A stretch of 64,000 bases of DNA, taken from NCBI GenBank assembly GCA_965153355.1, contig OZ231126.1, forward strand, positions 16,864,001-16,928,000. Reading direction: 5' to 3'. This stretch comes from Flaccisagitta enflata (lineage: Eukaryota). Made by a program: the position numbers and the translations under genes. The notes beneath the pieces are model-generated. The model made no database searches. It saw nothing but the letters and a program-made list of their open reading frames with translations, and was not told the DNA's origin. This document shows positions 56,737 to 64,000 of this stretch, one piece after another (the stretch's first letter is position 1; the number at the start of each line of letters is the position of its first letter).

Positions 56737-57653
56737 TCTATGAACTGAACAGAGAGGTAGAAACAACAAGACAGAAATAAAGGCACACAAAGAAATCGTG
56801 ATGAACCATGTAGAGGAAGAGAAGCAAGATAACTTCCATGAAAATGAGGTCAATTTCTTCCGCTTGCGTTTGACAGGCTAAGTGCAATGAGTTCCCTCAA
56901 AAAACATCGCACTTAAAAGACCATTCACCAGACGCTAACGTGTTCGGACAGGAACAAGGAACGCGGTGTCACAATATTGTTTCCGACGGGTGGGCAGGGG
57001 CGTACAACCCCCATCAATAATCCTCTCCAAGCCCATGCTCACTCACACAGACAGTCATTATTAATCATTACTGCAGTATCATAAATGCGCGTATTCACAC
57101 TTTTCGACACGACCATCGCTTAGCCTCTATAAGCTAAAAACAACAGATGAACATACTCAAGGACTTTTCTTAGGCATACTTCTTTTCAAATTTTCATTCC
57201 GCAATTTTTTTTGTCCATTTTTTAAAAAAGATTAATTTTCATAATTTAGAAATATTGATCTACAAACTTAGATTATCCAAGTATGTCCCGGTGCGGTACT
57301 CATGTCCAACTCGATGATGTCTTTTGTTTTACTAACTTTCTAAGCGGGTTTTTATTTAGGGTTAGGGGTAGGGTTAGGGTTAGGGCTCGGGGTGGATTTA
57401 GGGTTAGGGTTAGGGTCAGGACTAGCGTTGGGGGCTAGGTGAGAGCTGGGTTAAATACATTTCAACCCGAATCTACTCCAATTAAAGCTTCGCCCAAACG
57501 GGAAAACCCGATAAAAACAAAAGATTAGTATCGTCTCGGACATTTCTTCCCAGGGTGCAAACGAAGACAAAAGGAAGAAGAAAGAAGGAAGAAGAAAGAA
57601 ACAAAGAAACAAAAAAAAAAAACGAAGAAAGAAAAAAAGATAGGAAGAAAAAA

Positions 57654-57729
<76 letters not shown>

Positions 57730-59065
57730 GAGATAGAGAGCCGGAGACAAAGCTGCCCTTGTTTCCTATGATACAGTGACAGTGACGAGAACAATGCAAT
57801 GACGCCATGAATGTACTGACAAGAGGGCCTAAAAGGGCAACACGTGCGCAGGCTTCGATTGCGTGACGGACGATCGGATGGAACCCATATCTTAAGGCCA
57901 AACATGACTGTTTGAAGGTCTTGAAGGTCGAACTTTGAAGCCTGTCGAAATCAGTTCTTAATAGTCGCAAAAGCGTTAGATGGTCAGCGGTACCGTGCCC
58001 TGCCTTAGTAGGTTGTGGTTGAAGTTGATGGGGAAGCAGGGCAGCGGCCCCGAAGGGGTCGATGACCTATGCTTTCACCCCCCCCACCTCCAGGCCCATA
58101 TCTCAGCCTCGAAGCCCATATCCCAGTCTCGAGGCCCAAATCCCAGTCTTGAGGCCTAAATCCTTTGAGGCTGGAATTAGGGCCTCAAAGATAGGATTTT
58201 GGCTATAAGATGGGATTTGGGCCTTGAGGTTGGGATTTGGACCTCATGACTGGGATTTGGGCCTCAAGGCTGGGATATAGGCTTCAAGGCTGAGATATGG
58301 GCCTGGAGGCGGGGGGGGGGGGGTACGGAGAAGAAGGAGGAGAAGGAGGAGGAGAAAATTCCCCTGTGTGAAAGCATAGGTCATCGACCCCTTCGTGGCC
58401 GCTGCCCAAAAAGGAGGGCCGAAGAAGAACATAGAATAAAAGGTTTAAAATCAAGGCCTTAGATACACGAGTAGCACAACTACCCCAGTCCCATGTGGGT
58501 GGGCGGGGGCAGTCCTGTAGGTGGCCAGTCAGACACTTTGGGAGGGGCCGTAATGCGATAAGAGCTTGGAACCAACAACTTTGGGACCGACTGACGGACG
58601 GATGGACCGAAAAGTGGCTTACTGAGTCGCGAAGCACGCGACTAAAAAGCATAGTCCCTTATTTGTTCACTTCTTTCTGAAACATCTGTGCGTGCCTCAT
58701 TGTTTATGGAAAGCTTTCTTTATATCCGTGTTATATTTCTTTCTCTCATCTGCGCTGTCTAATAGCAAGGACGTAAACTTCTATTCTTTAGTTGGGGACA
58801 CGGAACTCTGTAAGAGGCTTTGTCCGTGCGTCCGTCGGTGCGTGGGTCTGTCCAAAATGAACAAGCTGAAAAGCGTAGAATTGCGCATTGTAAGTGTGTG
58901 TGTGGAGCTAGTCACTAAATCACGAATTTTGAGCTGGAAATGAGGCCAGTAAGGCCCCATTCCACTAAAGCACGACTACTTGCTTCAGTGGAATTGGAAT
59001 TCGTGCTTCAGTGGATTGACTATTGACCTCTTTTCAAATTGCAATGAAACAAAAAGTCAATCCAG

Positions 59066-60360
59066 TTTTTAGATGCGTCCTCGCATCTCTATAAGAAGGT
59101 CTGAAGGTATAGGGAACGCGAAAATTTCTAAACGCGATTTTCAAGGTTTTCTCTTCATTTCTCTTCATGTATCTTCGTCTCTTATGTCTCTTATGTCTCT
59201 TTCATGTCTTTCATGTCTTTCATGTCTTTCAGGTCTTTCATGTCTCTTATGTCTTTTACGTCTCTTATGTCTCTTTTTTAGTCGCTGCCAAAGCGACTCT
59301 ATAAGAGGGTGTGTCCCTTGGTAGGTTGGTCTGTCTGTATGTAACGCGGAAATTTTGATGACGCGAAATCGACTGAAAAACGGATTTCTCATCACAGCTC
59401 CTGCCCACTCATTTACTGCCCCTGCCCACTTGCATCACTGCCCCTGCCCACCAGCAGCGACTACGGATTGGCCGTGTATCCGGCCTTCTTCTTTTATCTC
59501 GTTTGTCTCTTATGTCGCCAATATGTCTCCTATGTCTCCTATTTTGCCTTTGTGTGTGATTTTCTCTTCATTTTTTCTCTTCATTTCTCTTTAGGTCTCG
59601 TCATGTCTCTTCATGTCTCTTATATTTCTTATGTCTCTTTCGTCTCTTTTGTCTCTTATGTCTCTCATGGCTCCTATATGTCACCTATGTCTCTTATGTC
59701 TCTTATGTCTCTTTTGTCTCTTTTGTCACTTTTGTCTTGTTTTCTCTCTTGTCTTGTTTGTCTCTCATGGTTCCTCTATGTCTCCTAGGTCTCTTATGTC
59801 TCTTATGTCTCTTTTGTTTCTTTTGTCTCTTTTGTCTCGCATGGCTCCTATATGTCTCTCAGGTCTCTTGTCTCTTCTGTCTCTTGTCTCTTATTTCTTT
59901 TATATCTCATAAATCTTTTATGTCTCTTATGTCTCTTATGTCTCTTTTGTCTCTTATGTCTCTAATGTCTCTTATGTCTCTAATGTCTCTCATGTCTCTT
60001 CATGTCTCATCATGTCTCTTCATGTCTCTTCATGTCTCTTAAGGTCTCTTCATGTCTCTCCTTGCTACATCATGTCCCTTAGTGGGGAGGAGGTGGGGGG
60101 AAGGGGAGGTGGGGGGGAGGGGAGGCGTGGGGGTGTGGGGGATGGAGGCGTGGGGGGGAGAGGCGTGGGGGAGGAGGCATAGGGGTAAGGAGGTGTGGGG
60201 GGAGGAGGCGTGGGGGAGAGTAAGGAAGGGGGTGAGGGAGTACTTAGTTTATATTTTTATCTCTATCTTTATTATCTTCTCATAATTATATCTTACGATT
60301 TGTATCATAATATCCTATATCTAAAGAGGACGCATCTATTGGACATCTCTTGGCCTTGTT
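59066..60360 (+). mobile_element. Family C element with a 9-bp (ATGTCTCTT)n array, a G-rich tract and a nested family B copy (59274-59490)
   Basis: Head TTTTTAGATGCGTCCTCGCATCTCTATAAG; tail GAGGACGCATC...TGGCCTTGTT. Confidence 0.78.
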
Positions 60361-60978
60361 CTTTGATTCGTCGCTACAATTCATTTTAATTTTTTATTGT
60401 GATAAAAACTTAGTGGATGTAAACAAGGCCAACACCTATAAGTCGCGTGCGAGACATAAATAACTTAAGATGACTTTAATTGACTCAAGATGACTTAAAA
60501 TGACTCAAGACAATTTTAAATGACTTAAAAAGACCTAAAATGACCTATTTGACTTAAGTGACTTAAAATAACTTAGAATGACTTAGAATGACTTAGAATG
60601 ACGTAGAATGACTAAGAATGACTTAGAATGACTTAGAATGACTTAAAATGACTAGAAATAACTTGAATTATAATAAAAAGTAAAGTGTGATGGACAGACG
60701 GACGGACGGACCCACGGACCAACGGACCGACGGACCGACGGACCAAGGGACCGACATAGCGGGTTGTTGAGTCGCGTGCACGCGACTAAAAAATACTTTG
60801 CTTTTGATATCCAGGCCTCTTGATTGTTCTTTTCTGCCGACAAGCAAAAATTTTCCCCTGAACGCTGCCGACTTAACTTGAGGGTGAAGGTCAGTGGTTA
60901 AATGCAGGGGCTTAATCATCGCAGATATTGCTGGATAGTCGACTTGGGCCCAGTGTCCCCAAGTGGTTTTTGGAGCTA

Positions 60979-61568
60979 CCATCTAGCTCATAAATATACG
61001 GACAGCTAGATCAGGATTTGCATTTTAGCTCACTGAATCAAATATATATCCCAATAAATTCATTTGGTATTTTGATCTATCAAGAACGAGTTTCTATTGG
61101 ATTGGTCTATGATTTTTCAACTAAAATCAGTGTATCCTTTATTTTTCAGTAAGCAACAAAAAGTCATTGATTTTTCTTTTGTTTTCTGTTGATATTAGAT
61201 AAATTTTAGAGCTATATGTTTAACTACAGCCTCCAATTTTTTCAATATTCAAAATGTTTGGTAAAAATGTGGTCTAATGAGGTCGAGCAGAACGATTTTT
61301 GCCAATCTATTTGGATTCAGGAGCTCTTTCTATGTAGGTTGTCATTTAATGATTTCAACAGAGAACATTTGAGTTGGATTTTGGTTAAATGACAGTTTTT
61401 CTTCAAAACGCTCTCATTTCAAAACAGATTGAGCGACTGAGCTTTGCTTGGTCTTGAATGGAAGATTTTTTATCGTACTTTGTTGATCTACTTTCATTGT
61501 TCTATTGGATATTGAAGTTTAGCTGCTATGAATATGGGTAGGTGTCCGTATATTTATGAGCTAGATAG
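60979..61568. mobile_element. TA-flanked MITE
   Basis: TIR ATCTAGCTCATAAATATACGGACA...TGTCCGTATATTTATGAGCTAGAT. Confidence 0.7.
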
Positions 61569-62340
61569 TACTATCCAAGTTGATGGCTATTACTATCTAG
61601 ATAGTAGCTAAATTTTTTCCTTCACTATCTAGTTTACTATCTAAACATAAAGATTATACTACAAAGCAGCGCCGACAAAGCTGCAACCGCTTTTATAGCT
61701 TAGTTTTGCTCAGTCCTTTGAAATGCACTTGAATATAGCTTAATTGAATTTTGGATGATTATTTCTATGTTTGTATGACAAATTAACAGCTTGGGAGCTT
61801 TTGACAAATTCACAGTTTGGGAGCTTTTGACCTGATCCTTCATGTTTGTTGGCTAAATGCACCACTTTATAAGAAAAGAAACTCCTTAAGAAAAGAAACT
61901 CCACATGGAAATTCTTACTTATCAGGTCATTCAAAATATGGATCTTAGCTGACGTAATTTTTTTTGATGAAATATAGCGGAGAGAAACCGGAGGAGGATA
62001 ATCAAATCTTTTCTGTGTATTTTCCATATGGTATGCAGTAGGGTGGTCACGAAATAGGGTCAAATTTCAAAAAATGATATACTCTAGTTTTTTGCATAAA
62101 TGTATCAAATAAAAAGGTTTTCCCACAAGTAGAGGTCTGGATTTGAAGAAAAAACCATGGCGGCAAAACTACAGGCTTCCTATGGCGATAAAAAAATCCT
62201 CATGATAAACCTATGGTTTTGCCAACAGGGTTTCTTGATTGATTTCACACCCCAGCTTGCCAATAAAGGCGGCTCTCGCCGACCGGAAAAAAATCGTAAG
62301 GGTTGTTTTGTGTGTGTGTGTGTGCGTGTGTGTGTGCGGT

Positions 62341-62376
<36 letters not shown>

Positions 62377-63058
62377 GTTTGTGTGTTGTTCGCTGTGTCT
62401 CTGTCGCTGTCTCTCTCTCTGTGGTTGTCACTCTCTGTCAGTCTATCTGTCTGTCTGTCTGTCTGTCTCTGTCTCTCTTTCTCTCCCTCCCCCTCTCTCC
62501 CTCTCCCTTCCCCTCCCTTCCTGCTACTTTCCCTCCCTCTTCTTCCCTTCCTCTCTCCCTCCCTCCCTCTCCCTCCCTCCCTTTCTCTCCCTCCTTCCCT
62601 CCCACTCCCTCTTTCCATCCCTATCCTTCCCCCTCCCCCCCTCTCCCTCCCACGCTCTCCCTCCCTCCCTCTCTCCCTCACTCTCCCTATGCCCTCTGCT
62701 GAACTCATTTTTGTTGTTACTTAGGGCCAAAAATTGAGATCAATGAAAAATAAAGATGTTTGAGAAAAATGCGGAAAATGTGAAAAAATAAAAAAAGATT
62801 AAAAAATTCATAGCGCCTAAAGTATTGGTCCGACAGTGCCCTCTTTCACCCTGTACCAATTTCAACCCCAGCCTCGGGCGAGCCTAGTCGTGACTAGAGT
62901 TGGGAGAACTTGTGTCGTGACTATCGGAATCGACAGTCACACCCCATGATGTCGGTCCCTCGACATCATGGTCAAAAACCGTCACGACCTACTGACTGAC
63001 AGACAAAGGAAAAGATATAGAAAAAGAGAGACAGACTTTTCACATCTTACTTTATATA

Positions 63059-63136
<78 letters not shown>

Positions 63137-64000
63137 TCTTTCTCCCTTTCTCAATCATCAGCTATGAATTTTTTCTTGCTCACCAACAAGATTCTCCCCC
63201 AGTCCGTTTGTTTCTATCCTTGTCTCAAACTGGTCCAAACAGTTTCTTTTCCATGCCTTCCATGCCATCTTTACCTTGTTTTCTTTTGTTGGACATAATC
63301 CTCACATGAGGCTAAATAAGGCAGGATACACAGCCAATAAGTTGTCGCTTTTGTGTGGGCAGGGGCTGTACATGGACGAGCAGGGGCTGTGATATGGCTA
63401 GGAAGGGGTAGTAATGCATAGACATTTTGTGACCTAAAAGGGGAAGAGAACCACCAGTTCTTACTAACTAGTTTCTTACACAAAGGGAAAATTTTACAAG
63501 CTTATCATTTTGTCATTCATTCATTCATTCATTCATTCAACCCTTCATTTATTTATTCATTCACTCATTCACTCATTCATTCATTCATTCATTCATTTAT
63601 GCATACATACTTTGTTAATACGTGAAGCATATATCAGTGACACATGTAGACTGAGACTGAGAGGGAATTAAATTTCATGTCTTACAATCTGCTGTATAAT
63701 GCAGAAATGAAATGGAAGTGGCATGACTGCAACAACATTTAGTAGTGACGATGTCGAAACTTATATGAAGACATTCAAGGGAAACAAAACTTTTGATAAC
63801 CAATTAGTTTTTAGCTAGTGTCGATGATCTCTGGTCGTGACTCAACTTCCTCAAAATATCCCAAGCAAAAATGGAAAAAATTAATTCCTAAGCGAAACTC
63901 AAAAAATTGAAAAACGTTTTTCGATTTTTTTCCCAATGAGAAATCCTTCTTTTATTGGACATTTCTGCAAAGGGCTCAAGTATATCAATATGTGAAATTT

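Noticed and set aside
57482-57970. Candidate upstream GPCR exon
   Set aside because: No TM5/TM6 motifs (e.g. CWxP) or convincing splice sites; TM1-6 exons were not found and probably lie beyond the window.

Overview
Repeat-dense eukaryotic (animal-like) genomic DNA; most ORF-track entries are microsatellite artefacts. Two spliced genes converge across about 35 kb of transposon debris. (1) Plus strand: the 3' end of a gene whose last two visible exons (507-707 and 11049-11302, phase-1 intron of about 10.3 kb) encode a discoidin/F5-8 type C-like domain. (2) Minus strand: the 3' half of a class A GPCR resembling TRH receptors (TM7 exon 56666-56491, then phase-1 exons 56257-56018, 49062-48961 and 47442-46391), giving a cytoplasmic tail of about 480 aa. 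The most striking non-genic signal is a set of sequence-divergent non-autonomous families that share one architecture: a 5' hairpin, a subterminal inverted copy of its arm, a small 3' hairpin, an internal microsatellite or satellite array, and insertion in T-runs without target duplication. Their stems covary between families, consistent with Helentron/Helitron-derived (HINE/DINE-like) elements that breed satellite arrays. There are also several deep transposon nests with readable TSDs (TA, 4, 5, 7, 8, 9 bp), a 913-bp foldback, a restriction-like-endonuclease LINE fragment in a (TC)n tract, and a second LINE fragment. All calls were made by eye; no searches were run, and repeat boundaries without a TSD are approximate.
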